Shown here: positions 23,247 through 36,206 of the stretch, piece after piece
Position numbering within the stretch: position 1 is the first letter of the stretch
Layout of the letters: every line of letters begins with the position of its first letter
NCBI GenBank assembly: GCA_025603075.1
Contig: MU626271.1
Location: 62,001-126,000, forward strand
Direction: 5' to 3'
DNA from: Neoconidiobolus thromboides FSU 785
Lineage: Eukaryota; Fungi; Entomophthoromycota
Length of the DNA stretch: 64,000 nt
Program-made: the position numbers and the translations under genes
The notes under the pieces: model-generated
Databases searched by the model: none
Seen by the model: the letters and a program-made list of their open reading frames with translations, nothing else
Told to the model about the DNA's origin: nothing

Positions 23247-25228
23247 TTAAAAGAATTGATAATTTAATAATAATAAATTAAAATAATCTATTAAACCTTG
23301 ACATGATGGAAACATATTATTATAATATTGTTGAATTAAATTTAATTCAATTAATTGTTTTTTGAAACTTAACTTCCAACTTTGTTTTTTAACATTAAAT
23401 TTATTTAATAGTTCTAATTGATATTTTTTATTATTATTATTTAACATCATTAGTTTACTTAATCCAATCATAGCTAAATTTAATAATTGTATAAATTCAA
23501 TTAAATTATTGTATTCTTTAATAGCTATATCTGATTTAATATTCATTGGAAATCCATTTTTATCTATATGTTTTATTTTTGTCTTTAATTTCCATTGATT
23601 TAACAATAGTTGCTTATAATTTAATTTAAAATAATTTTGTTCTAATGTTAAATTATTAAATTCAATTAGTTTAGCTTCAAATAAACTATATTTTTCAATT
23701 AATATATAGTTAATAAATTGAATTCGAAATGATAATGAATTAATGTTTTTAATAAAGTTTAATTTCTCTTTCATTATTTTTAATTGAAAATAATATCGAC
23801 TTGTATAATGAATTAATGATTGTTGACATATAATATTAATATGACTAAATAATATTAATAAATTATGAAAATTAAAACTACTTTCTAACCAATATATAGT
23901 ATTATTATTGTTATTATTATTATTAAATAATAAATGTAATATAAAATCAATATTAGTAATTGGATGCAATTGATTTTCTTTTTGAATTAATTGATATAAA
24001 AACGAAGATGTAAATAATTCTATATTACTTAATCTCAATTCATATTCTATTATATTAATAAATTGTTGAAATAATGAAGCTATTGAAATAATCTAAATAA
24101 AATAAATATATTATTATTATTATTATTTGTTATTACTTATTATATAATTTAAATAAATCAAACTTACTAATTTTCTATTTTGATTTAATTGCTGATGATT
24201 TTGAATTTGACTAAACACTTTAATCCATTCCCAAAACGTAATTTTATTACTTCTTAAATTCATTCTTAATTTTTTAGTCTTCTTCATTCTAATACTCTCT
24301 ATATCTTCCTCCTTAAATATCTCTATTAAATATTTAGGATCCAGATAATTAAGTAATTGTTTTAATAATTCAATTAATTTAAATATTAATTTAATACAGT
24401 CATTAATTTTTTTATTTTCTATTTCAATTATTTCATTCTCTTTTTTTAAATTCATCAATTCAATATATTCAATTTCATATTGCTCATTTTCTGTTGAAAA
24501 TGTAGCTTTTTCTTTAATTCTGGGAATATGATCTATCTCTATTGATGGACTGTCTATTAATGATTTTAATTGTTGTATTGTTTGATTGATTATTTTATAA
24601 ATGATTGAACTAAAACAATAATTATTAATAAATTAATAAATCAATAAATTAAAACTTACGCTTTAGGATAATATTGATAATCTAAAATAAACAAACTCAT
24701 TAATTCAATTGCTTGTAATGTTTGCTTTTCTTCTAAATAATTGTCAATTAAACTATTTTCTTCAAAACTTAATGTCTTAAAGTTATCCAGTTTAACTCTT
24801 TTCTTAGCTTCTTCTTTATCTACCATATATTCTGGCAAAAATAACTTTTTTGGGTCTGATATAAATTTAGATTTTAATAAAACATTTGGTACATCTTTTG
24901 TTTCTTTCTGCTGGGATCTCAATCTTAAACTTTTTTGAAATACCGGATTCATTATCCTTTTTTCTTTTTCTTGTCTCTCTTTCTTTTCTTTAATTTCTTT
25001 TAATTTTACTAATGTTTTATTTGATATTTTAATATGATTCAATGGATTAATAAATTCATCCATTTCTAATAAATGAAATTGTTCATTTTCAATTATTTGA
25101 TTTCTTGACTTCCATTTTTTTGTAGGAACTTGTGGATTATTATCAATGATTCGAAATAAATCCGATTCTTTATTGTAGCCAGAGATGAATAACAGGTTTT
25201 GATTTAACTTATCAAGGTGGTTGGACAT
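23247..25228 (-). CDS. Multi-exon, very AT-rich hypothetical protein (possibly Nse5/SIMC1-like)
   Basis: Three same-strand open frames (24656-25228, ~24120-24600, 23247-24038) are separated by short intron-like gaps; a GTAAG donor is visible at ~24659. Function is not established. Confidence 0.6.
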
Positions 25229-25604
25229 CTCTAATATTTTAAAGAAATGAATTGTTAATAATAAACAAATAAACTTAGATTTGAATAGTTGAGATTTGAT
25301 TTAAGAGCTAATTTTAATTGGTGGAAAAATTAAATTTGTTAATCCTTTCATTCAATTGAAAATATGCATATTTTTATTTTAAGCATTTTATTTTATAGAT
25401 AATGAAATCATAACTTACTAATAAATAAATTAATAAAAAAATAAAAAACAATATAACTATTACCATTAATTTGACTATTATAATGTAATTTATTGTTATT
25501 ATCAAATTAGTAATCCTAATAAATGTACAAAAAAAACTTTGAAAAACATAGACAAAAAATAGATCAAATATACTCTATTTCATTTGACTTTAATCCTCCC
25601 TTAT

Positions 25605-27330
25605 CTAATTCTCAATCTGATAACGATTTTCAGGATAATTATTCTTACGCTCAGATACACCAGCAGTTCTAAAAAATAAAAAATCAGTAAACTATTTACA
25701 ATATACTTGCTTTTATTTTTCATTTCACTTCATTTATGAATACAAATAAAAATCAATCAAAAAAAAACTTACAAAATTTCACAGCCATTTTCGGTAACTA
25801 AAAGTGTATGTTCAAATTGGGCTGATCTTTTACCATCTCTAGTAACAGCTGTCCAGTCATCGGGCCAATGTTCATCTTGCCATACACCTTCATTAATCAT
25901 GGGTTCTATAGTAAATGTATGGCCTACTTTCATGACTCCCACTGCTTTATTTTCTATTTTAAGTAATAGTTAATAAATTACTCTAATAAAACTATAATTC
26001 AAAACTCACTTGTATAATGTGGTACATTTGGAGAACAATGGAACTTGCTATTAAATAGTTGTGTTTATAAAATTGATTTTAGAAAAGATAACAATAAAAA
26101 TTACCTATTAATTCCATGACCGCAATAAGTTCTAACCACTGAGAACCCCTTGCTTTTAGCATGTTTTTCAATAATAGCACCAAGATCTCTATATAAACCG
26201 CCAGGTTTTACTAATTAAATAAAAGAATCAATTAATATTTATTATCCTTCGTCTTTTCATTTATAAGAGAGACATTTAACATTAATTTTAAAAAAAATAG
26301 AAACTTACCCATATCAATAGCTAAATTCAGACAATCTTTAGTTGTTTGTACTAAATCTTTGCCTGCTTGATCTACATTACCAACTAAATAAGTTTCATTA
26401 AGATCTGCATGGAAACCATTATGATAAGCAGATACATCAATATTTAATATATCACCATCTTGTAATGGGCGTTTGTCAGGAATACCATGGCAGATAACTT
26501 CATTAACGGAGCTATTTAATTGTAATAAATTAATAAATAAAAAGAAACAATAAACACAACAATATAGTACTAATGGTAAATAAAAATTAAAGTAATTTAA
26601 ATGCTCACTTACGTACAACAAGATTTTGGAAAATTATGATAATTTAAAGGAGATGGATAACAGTCTCTTTCCATACAAGCTTCATGAACTACTCGATCGA
26701 TTTCATCTGTAGTTACACCTACTTTGATAGCAGCAGCAGCTAAGTCAAGTATTTCACGACCTAACTATATATTTTATGATAAATTAATTACAGGTTTATT
26801 TGATAGAAAAATAGTTAATAAATAGTAAACCGAAAACTTACTCTATTAACTACTTTCATAGCTTCAATTTCAGTTTCATTTAAAACATCAATTGCTGTGC
26901 TTCCGCGTAATTTTAATTCAGATTTAGGTAAACCTAGATTTAAAATTCAAATTACTTAGTTGTCTTCTATAATGACAGTTACTTAGTTTACCATCTTCAG
27001 CATAATCTGGTTTTTTAATACTATCTAGAACTTGTCTTTTTGGTGATAATGGATAATGGGGTCTCATTTTACCAGTATAAGGGAACAAAGGGAAGGGATC
27101 ATAGATATCTAAGGATTATAAAAAGAAGACAGTTAACTAATAGAAAGTTTTCAAATACTCTACTTACCACTACCACTTGGAGTATGTCTTGCTTTATGTA
27201 ACTTCCAATTGCTTTTAAAACATTCTTGAGAGCAAAAATAGCTATCTTCGATCTTTAATTTTAAACACGTAGGGCAGGATAATTTAGCTGGTTTTCCACA
27301 GTTAAGACCAATACACAAGCTGTTTGACAT
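25605..27330 (-). CDS. MAP1: Methionine aminopeptidase 1, multi-exon
   Basis: N-terminal zinc finger [14 protein letters not shown]...[56 protein letters not shown] and [10 protein letters not shown]. Confidence 0.96.
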
Positions 27331-27466
27331 ATTTTATTTATATTCTGTTTTTCTAAAAAAACAAACAAGGTCAAACTCTTTAAAATGTTAAGAGCTTTAA
27401 ACTTTAAGAATTTATGAGTTCATTTCTTTTTTAAGAAAAAGCTTGAAAAAAAATTCACTAATCCAA

Positions 27467-29106
27467 ATGTCTGGCCGTAATACCAAATCAACGCAAGTAA
27501 AAGTGAAGCGCTATAGAGCAGGACAAGCACCCGCTGGTGTCGATATCAATGAATATTCCAGTTCTTCCGATGAAGAAAGAGAGAATTTATCAACGAAACA
27601 AAAATCTAATACTCCAGAACCAATGTTATCTGTTAAAACAATGAATATTAATGATCCACGATTACAAAGATTAAATAAAACAGAAGGGAGTAATGGTAAT
27701 ATTGATAGAAAAGAAATGGCTACTAGATACTCTGAGAGTAAGTGAAGGCTACATTGATTTTCCTTTTCAGTTGATAGATTATATTTTAGGATTAAAAAAT
27801 CGATATGATACAGAAAGTGAAAGTGAAAATGAGTTGGGGGTTAAAGAAGAAGATTCAGATGGTTCAATGGACAGGGAAGAAATGAGAAAATTAGCTATCA
27901 AAAATCAACAAGTATATCAACAAGAGGAGGAAAAAGCTAAAGCTGAAAGCGAAGTAATATATCTTGAAGTTTATTTAATTAAAAATGATAATTAATTGGA
28001 TTAAATTAAAAAGGAAGAAAGTGAATATTCTACAGAATCATCATCGGAAGAAGAAAGAATTTTACTTAAGCCAGTGTTTGTTAAAAAGTAATTTTAGATG
28101 ATTAAAAAAGTGATAATAGTGCTGATCTATTTTTTATTTTTAGATCGGATCGTGTAACTATCCAAGAAAAAGAAAGAAAAGAGAGAGAAGCTATTGAATT
28201 GGAAAAAGAAAAAGAAAAAGAGATAGAAAAAAAGAAATTAGAAAGTAAAAAACTAGCGGAACAAGTGGTTCGTAAAGAACTCGAAGATGGTAATTAAATC
28301 TCTTTATTTAAATAGTTAACATATGTAGTTGATCCCTTGTCTAGCTATAATTCAATCTGAGCTTATAACCGAAGTGGACGATACGGATGGTGTTGATGCA
28401 GAAGCAGAAAAACAAGCTTGGAGATTGAGAGAATTGATAAGAATTAAAAGGGACAAACAAGAAAAGGCGGAGTAATTTCAATTTCATTATTTCTATAAAA
28501 AAAACTAAAATTGATTTAACCAAATAATAGGAGAGAAGCAGAAGCAGCCGAAATTGAACGACGTCGACAACTCACTGAAGAAGAAAGAATTAAAGAAGAC
28601 CTTGAGAAAAAGCATAAACAAATGGAAGAAAAAGAAAAATTGCGAGAAAATAGTAAGAAAAATATCTTACAAAGGTGGCATCATAAAGGTGCTTTTTATT
28701 TGGTAAGTTAGAATTTTTTGATTATAATAATAAAAAGAAGAGAAAAGAGTATTAATGAATTTTGTTAGGATAAAAATGATGAAATATTTCAAAGGAATTA
28801 TAATGATGCTACTCCCGATGCAGTTAAAAACATAGAGGCTTTACCTGAAGTTCGAAAAGTTAAAAATTTTGGATTGGCGGGGAGAACAAAATATACTCAT
28901 TTGGCAGATCAGGATACTTCCAAAGTAATTTCGTTTTTATTTGTATAAGAATAATAGTTAATATTTTAAAATAAAATCAAAAATAGAAAGACTCCCCTTG
29001 GTTTCAAGGTAATAATGAATTGGTAGATAAAAGTTTGAAGAAATTGGGCGGGATGCATGATAGGATTGAGTTGAAAAAGAAAGGAGAAAAAGAAAGGAAA
29101 AGATGA
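27467..29106 (+). CDS. MFAP1: MFAP1/Spp381 spliceosomal B-complex protein, multi-exon
   Basis: KVKRYRAGQAP, LLKPVFVKK, EVDDTDGVDAEAEKQAWRLRELIRIKRD, QRWHHKGAFY and NFGLAGRTKYTHLADQDTS. Confidence 0.93.
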
Positions 29107-29198
29107 GGCTATTTAAACATTGGAAAAAAGAATAAAAAGAAAGAATAAAATTTTGTTACTTGTTTGATCATTTATAAATTATTTTATTAATATTTATT

Positions 29199-29719
29199 CT
29201 ATATTTTATATAAAGAGCATTTTTTCAATGCATCTCCTAATTGACTTTTTAATATTGGTGCTGTAGCTATACAAGTAAACAAATTTTCAGGTTGTTCTAA
29301 CCAGGTATAATAGGGTAAATTTAGTTGTTGTAAATTTTGTTCGATCTTTTTTAATCCAGATTCATCTTTTATCTATAAAATAATCAATATTATTATAGAT
29401 TTAATTGAAATGAAATTATAACATTACTTGTAATACCACTTTATGCATATTTGATAAATCAGATAGATACTGCTTTGTTTCTGGTAATTGATTATGTTTA
29501 AATAAACAAGCTGTAGATGCATGACATGCTTGGGCTATGATACTAGTTATCATTAGTTACTATTTTTGAAATTTTAATACTCAATTTTACCTACCACTTG
29601 GCCAATTGAATTCCTAAAATAAATATTTAAGCTCAACATTTCTTTTCTTATATCTTATTCTATATATTTACTTTGACCAAATCTTTTCTAATGACTATGT
29701 ACATCGTTAATCGTTCCAT
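29199..29719 (-). CDS. PTRHD1: PTRHD1-like peptidyl-tRNA hydrolase (PTH2 fold), multi-exon
   Basis: MYIVIRKDL, IIAQACHASTA, MHKVVL and WLEQPENLFTCIATAP. Confidence 0.88.
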
Positions 29720-30184
29720 TTTTATTGACTTTGTTAAAAAACTCAAGATAGAAACGAGTTTCAGTATTTGGTCACCATTAATAGAATTTATTGTCAAATA
29801 AAATTGTTTAATATAGCTGATTAAGTTTAAATGCGTTATATTTAACTGTTCATTTACGAATATAAGTATTAAATTTCAAGTTTCAAACTAATGCTATAAT
29901 GTAAATCATTATATATATAAATTATCATTGATTAGGATACATTTGAACTCTACATCTGTATTAGATTATAATCTATTTTTGAAAAACACTTGAGAATATA
30001 AAGATCCAGATGTTGTTTATTTATCATAGACAATATAGTAAAATCTAGGATTCTTTTCAGGAAAGTTCTTTGTATAATATTGTGGTTTTTTAGAAGAACA
30101 ACAATTTATCTTGTTTTAAATCGACCCAGGGATAACTAGAACTCAAAGCCCGACAGATTAAATTAAAGTAAATCTCTTTCTTTA

Positions 30185-30435
30185 ACGATTTTTCCACTTT
30201 TTAAACGCTATTGAATATAAAAATCGTTTGTAAAACTTTAAATAAAGAAGACATCTGTTTATTGAATTTTTGTTTTTTGTAATAGTAATCGATAGTTTTT
30301 TTCGATTTTTAGTAGGATAAAAATGAGCTAATTAATAAAAGTTAATATGAGGCGTCTTTTATTTAATAAATTTACTAGTATTTTTCTGCTCAAAACGCTT
30401 TAAAAATGGACAAAATAATGAAATCAAAAACACTT
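30185..30435. mobile_element. Two strongly degenerate MITE remnants (~30185-30260 reverse, ~30370-30435 forward)
   Basis: TTTTTCCACTTTTTAAACGCTATT and CTGCTCAAAACGCTTTAAAAATGGACAAAATAATGAAATCAAAAACAC resemble the MITE core. Confidence 0.5.
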
Positions 30436-31369
30436 AGATAGCATCCTCTTGAACTTATTAATGAGTTAATTTACACACGAGGCTCAATTTTATTCCATTT
30501 TTTATACCAAGGTTATAAATCAGGATCAAGTGCTAATGAAGTAACAGATGCATTTTTATTAGCACTTTTGCTGATTTACATCAAGCAATAATCAAGTATA
30601 AATAGCAATTAAAATAATTTGACTAGAAATAATTTTAGTTATTGATCAATTATAGTATTAATTGATGTAAGTAGAGTAGAATTTGATCCCTATTATTATG
30701 TATACATTTTCATACCATTTATATAATAGATTAAGAAACATACAAGCGATCAAATCACTAATAACTGCTAAGCAATGAAATTGAAATTGAGTTTGATACT
30801 TTTTATATTTGAAGTAGATAACAAAATTCATAAATTACTCTAACACCTCTTAATTTATTTTAGTAGTAAACTAAAAAGTAAAAATTATTTAGTTCGTAAT
30901 CGTCTCACGTTAACCAATATTAACCCTTGTTTTTATTTAGAAACTTACTATTATTTTTTGAATAATCAAGATCGATTGAAATATTATAATTTGAGTAAAT
31001 ACATAGATCATATTTCAAACATCTCAGGATTTGAAGCTATTGAGGCTACTGAATATACAGAAAATCATTAAAATTTTATTCCAAGAGTGGACATAGGTCA
31101 AAAATTTATAACCTCCCCACCTTATCTTGTCTGCAAATAGTCTTGTAACTACCAAATGAGTTCGCAAATTAACTCTAAATAAGCTTGAAAAATTATTTTC
31201 AATATTATTCAGACATACAAGTTTAAACCTTTTCGTTTCAAATATTATTAAAAAATGACTAACGAAACTTTAACAAAAAATAAAAAGATGTTTTATAGCT
31301 ATTTACTTTGAATTTAATGTAACTTTTGATAACTTTATTATACAGTATTCTAGTTTAAATAAATACAAA

Positions 31370-32345
31370 TTAGTAAAATCTAGAAAATGGATAATTGTAG
31401 TAAAAGATGTGATCAAGAATATTCAAAAATGGTGCTTTAGACGCTGCGCAATTTCAATCCTCTGAAGCATTAATTTTACAAATAGTTGTTCTACTATTAT
31501 CTAAAAACATCTCGTTATGATGGTGAGCATGGTCAAGTAAACCTGGGGGAAATGTGATATAAAGTCTTTACCATTGGTACACGAGCTATTGTTAATAGTT
31601 GGGTATTAAACCATTGAGCAAAACCCACATTCCCCACTCTGAATCCATCATAAGTATACAACTCCATTCTATCCCAACTTAAATTAAAAACACTTCTAAA
31701 TTCGATTAATACTAAAGTACTAATACTAAGTTCAAACAAATATCCTATAATAGTAGTTTCGTAGTTAACATGTTCTTTTGATAAAGCTCCAAACTCATTT
31801 ATGAACTTTTTCAATACCTTATATAGTGGATTTTTAAGGACAGTATGTGTGTGAATATCAGTATTGCCATTTCCAACTGAATATGATGATAGTAACATAT
31901 TAGCATTATTGGCAAAATTTTTAATTTCAATACTATTTCTAAGTGATACAATAGTTTGTTTTCCGGCTTTGTCTATAGTTAAAAATCCTTTACTTCCAGT
32001 ATAAAGTTCATAAAATTTATGTTTCACTTGGATATCAAGATCTAATGTTTTACAGTGATTACAATCCCAGTTTTTTAATCTATGGTTAGAACAATAGCCT
32101 GCAGTTGCATATCTAGGTATTCTTTTGATTTCTTGTAAATTAGCCATTTTTAAATTTGATACTGTAAATCAACGAGGACTGATTGACTTATTATTTATAA
32201 TCGTATTCTTAATTACTTTAATTTATCCAGATATATTAAGGATTTAAAATTGTTTGTAATGTTGGGAGAGTTCACCTCCTTATTACTTTAAATAATATTT
32301 TAACTGGCTAAACATTAAATGAGTAACAATAAAAAGGTTATTAAA
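31370..32345 (-). pseudogene. Class-3 lipase pseudogene (tandem duplicate of 33997-34980)
   Basis: Colinear with the intact lipase (AGYCS..LKNWDCNHCK, MELYTYDGFRVGNVGFAQWFN). The nucleophile elbow is destroyed (GYLFE), there is a frameshift after ARV, and the N-terminal part has stops. Confidence 0.88.
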
Positions 32346-33166
32346 TCAGATACCATAACAGAAGTTGTTTTTATTTTTTATTTTGTTTTTATTTTGTTAA
32401 TTTATAAGTCTGTTTAGATCCAAGTATTGAATTTTTAGTTTGATTTAGATTTAATTAAGTATAATTTCATACTTTTAAAATTAAACGTAAAGCCTTCTTT
32501 TATAATATTTGACATTATTTTTTAGTATTCGGGAAATAAATGAACCTTGGGTATAGAAACCCATATTGCAGTTACTGTAACTTTTTGCGACTTTTCTAGT
32601 GGTGATTTTATAAATATAAGTTGTTTTTATAATTAAAATCCAATTGGTATATTTGGGCTGAATTTTAACGTTATTTTTCTCTTAAATGAGCCGTTAAACA
32701 TATCGTAAAAGAGCTACAGCAGTTTTATATCTACTTTTTATCAATATAATTTTACAACTATTGCAATTCTTTCCAAAAATTGACTGGCAGTACTTTTACA
32801 GTTAAACAAACAATTTGATATCTTTAAGTCTAATTTTATGTTTTATCAAAGTAAAAAATTACTCGTAAAGACAGTTAAATATTTCGCGAAAGAACTACAA
32901 TAGCCGTTAAACTTTGTTAAATCAATTCCTTGAGGAATTCTCAAAGATTTGCTTATAAATAAATCATTATAAAAAAGAAACTAAAAATTATTTTTAATGA
33001 CTTAAGCGTTTACTACATAGTAACACACCTAGAATTCACAAAGTGATTTGGATTTTCTGAATCTTTTGGTTTTCTATTAGTACTTAAAAACATTAAAGGA
33101 TAATTATTTTAACAAAAAATCATTTATTTTATAATGAATGAAAAAAATAAAGACAATAAAAGATAT

Positions 33167-33267
33167 GGGGATGTATTTTTTTGTTTAAGAATTTTACTAA
33201 CAATCTTTCTGCTCAGATAGCACTTATTAAAAAATGAAAAAAGTGATAAAATAAAAAAAGCATCCCC
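33167..33267 (+). mobile_element. MITE copy
   Basis: GGGGATG...CATCCCC, flanked ATAT/ATAT. Confidence 0.88.
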
Positions 33268-33279
33268 ATATTACAATAT

Positions 33280-33377
33280 AACGATGTATTTTTGTGTTTA
33301 AGAATTTTGCTAATAATTTTTCTGTTCAAATAGTGCTTAAAAGATGAAAAAAGTAATGAAGTTAAAAAAACATCCCC
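33280..33377 (+). mobile_element. MITE copy, 12 bp downstream of the previous copy
   Basis: AACGATG (eroded end)...CATCCCC, flanked ATAT/ATAT. Confidence 0.85.
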
Positions 33378-33556
33378 ATATCTTTATTAATAGTTACTAA
33401 GTGTAACTAAAGAAAGTTCAAAAAAAGCTTAAAAGTTTGAATCTTTATATATTAAATAACGATTTTATTCAGTATTGCAAGCCATTATAAAGAAACTATA
33501 ATAACCAAAGCATGTAACCAGTATTATCTTAAAAGCCTGTAATTTTATTCAAAATT

Positions 33557-33654
33557 GGAGCTGTTTTTTTTGGTTTCATTACTTTTTCCATTTTTCAAGC
33601 GCTATTTGAGTGGAAAGATTGTAGTAAAATTCTTAAACACAAAAATATATCCCC
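33557..33654 (-). mobile_element. MITE copy
   Basis: GGAGCTG...TATCCCC with the reverse core. The TSD is ambiguous (possibly ATTG). Confidence 0.85.
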
Positions 33655-33996
33655 ATTGTTGAAAGGGTCAAAACTTTCAATTGTTTTATTGGCGAATATA
33701 AATCACAATTAGCAAAAATAAATATAAGCCAAGAACTTGCAGTATCCTGTTCTTTTAGCTTATAGGTGGCAGCCTTATAATTATTAATGTGGATTCTTGA
33801 CTAAAACCTTGACTAGGCTAAAAAAATTCAATAAACATTATTTATGTACAAAATTTAACTTTTTATCGCTAATAATATAATATAATAGTTAATGAAACTT
33901 TATAGTATACAATAAAAAAACATGATTTTAAGTCTAAATCCAATTTAATTTGATGTAGTTCTAGTATACAATATTTTTGTTAAAAATAAGTATAAA

Positions 33997-34980
33997 TTAG
34001 CATATCTGTGGAAATAAGAAATCATAATAAAATATGTGATCAAGAATATTGAAGAGAGGCATTTTAGACTCTGAGCAATCAGGATCTTCTAAAGTATTAG
34101 TTTTACAAATAACTGTTTTACCATTGTCTAACCACACCTCATTGCTATAATGAGCAAAGCCAAGTATACGCAGAGGGGTATGTGGCACAGGATCTCTATT
34201 ATTAACAACACGAGCTACTGTTAATGGTTGAGCATTAAACCATTGAGCAAAACCCACATTTCCCACTCTGAATCCACCATAAGTATATAACTCCATTCTA
34301 CCCCAACTTAAATTAAAAGCATTTTTAAGTTCAATTGATGCTAAAGTAGCAATACCAGCACCTAAGGAATAGCCTGTAATAATAATTTTGTAGTTATCAC
34401 GTCCTCTTAATAAAGCTCCAAACTCATTTATAAATTTTGGTAATAATGCACCCAAGGAAATTTTTAAACCAGATTGTACGTAAACATTGTTGCCACCATT
34501 TCCAACTGAAAATGGTGTCAGTAAAAGATTACTACCGAAAATAAAGTTCTGTATGTTGCCACCGCCTTTAAATGATAAAATAATTTGTTTTTTGAATTCA
34601 TCTACAGCCAAAAACCCTCTACCCCCAGTAATAAAGTCTTCAAATATATGCTTAACTTGTATACCAGGGCCTAACACTTTACAGTGAGTACATGTCCAAC
34701 TTTTTAATGTAAGGCTAGAGCAATAGGCTGCGGCAGTAAACCTAGAAATTCTTTTGGCTTCAGCTGGGGTGCTGAATTTTAAATTTGAAAACATAAAGCT
34801 ACGGGGATTGATTGGGTTATCATGTAGAATGGTATTGTTTATTGATTTTAAGCCATTAATAAAAGCAGCCAAGTTTGGATCATTTGTAGTGTCAGGTAAA
34901 CGTTCATTGTTGCTGCTTTTTAATATAGCTTGGCTGATCAAACTTTGAACTAATAATATGAAGATAAGTAGTTTAAACAT
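33997..34980 (-). CDS. Secreted class-3 (fungal-type) lipase, intronless
   Basis: Signal peptide, AAAYC, W.C..C, IIITGYSLGAG (GxSxG), YTYGGFRVGN, VVNNRDPVPHTP, and DHIFY. Confidence 0.9.
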   Translation of the reverse strand: MFKLLIFILLVQSLISQAILKSSNNERLPDTTNDPNLAAFINGLKSINNTILHDNPINPRSFMFSNLKFSTPAEAKRISRFTAAAYCSSLTLKSWTCTHCKVLGPGIQVKHIFEDFITGGRGFLAVDEFKKQIILSFKGGGNIQNFIFGSNLLLTPFSVGNGGNNVYVQSGLKISLGALLPKFINEFGALLRGRDNYKIIITGYSLGAGIATLASIELKNAFNLSWGRMELYTYGGFRVGNVGFAQWFNAQPLTVARVVNNRDPVPHTPLRILGFAHYSNEVWLDNGKTVICKTNTLEDPDCSESKMPLFNILDHIFYYDFLFPQIC

Positions 34981-35606
34981 TTAAATAAAAATTGTTTTTA
35001 TTTTTTATTTTTGACCATTCGGTCAATTTATATCAGCTTTACTACAATCCTTTTTTCTACTTTACCTGATATGTGTAAGTTCAAAGGCTTTGTTAAAGAC
35101 TATATTTTTTTAGTTTGGTTGAGATTTAAATCAACATTATTTCATTGTTAAGTTTAAATTAAGCAAAGAAGCCCTTATTCTATAGCTTTCTTAGCTTTAC
35201 AATTTTGTAGTACGTTTATTACAGCTCTATTAAGACCTGATTCATGATAGTTTTTAGAGCCCATTGTCTTTCTGGTTGGTTTTTAAATAATGAGTCTTTA
35301 AGCTTATCTTTTTTTTAGCTAAATTTTAGTCTCAAATGAATAATTAATTAAGTTGAAATAGAACTAAAAGAACTATAAATAGTCTCGGAAGAAAGTTGAA
35401 CCTTGGATATAGCTAAATCAAATGTGATCCCTACCTCCATACTATAAATCATTTTCTATCAAAATTGGTATTTGGATTTGTTCTTATCAATTTCCTAAAA
35501 ACTATGATACTTTCGTGTTAGGAAATGGATTCGATAAAAAGAATACCAAGAATTAATTCATTATAAGTAAAAATTTACTGTATTAAGGTAAATTATGTAT
35601 AAATAT

Positions 35607-35705
35607 AGGGATGTTTTTTTTTGCTTCATCACCTTTTCCATCTTCTAAGCACCATTTGGGCAAAAAAATTGTTGGTAAAACCCTTAAACACAAAGGTACA
35701 TCCTT
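35607..35705 (-). mobile_element. MITE copy
   Basis: AGGGATG...CATCCTT, flanked ATAT/ATAT. Confidence 0.85.
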
Positions 35706-36109
35706 ATATGTTAAACTAAAGACATAGTTAAGATATCAAACCTGCAATTTCGATATCAGCTAGAACTATATCACTAGGATTAGCTAATAGTATTGAATTA
35801 GAAGGCTAGGGTAAGATATTTACAAACTGGTGATCAATTAAGTGAATGAGAAACTTTCTATTAAAGCAAATATAGTGATGGTTTATTTCTGGTATGTGAT
35901 GAGTATGAACTGGACACAGAAGGAATGCTTGAGTATTTTAACAAAGTAAATAGCTGATGTCATTCAAATAAAGTGATATATTGAGTTTTTTTACCAAGTT
36001 TAAGAGGAGCTTAATATTTAGTTAATAAAATCATAAGGTTCATAGGTAAACAACGCTTTAACCAATCTGCTGTATCATGGTGCACTTTTGTAAGTGGATT
36101 TTAGAATTT

Positions 36110-36206
36110 GGGGGTGTTTTTTTGGTTTCATTACTTTTTCATTCCTTAAGTGCTATTTGAGCGGAAAGATTATTAGTAAAACTCTTAGACACAAAAATAC
36201 ATCTCC
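36110..36206 (-). mobile_element. MITE copy
   Basis: GGGGGTG...CATCTCC, flanked ATTT/ATTT. Confidence 0.88.

Noticed and set aside
30770-31150. Broken plus-strand frames starting MKLKLSLILFIF
   Set aside because: There are multiple stops and no identifiable family.
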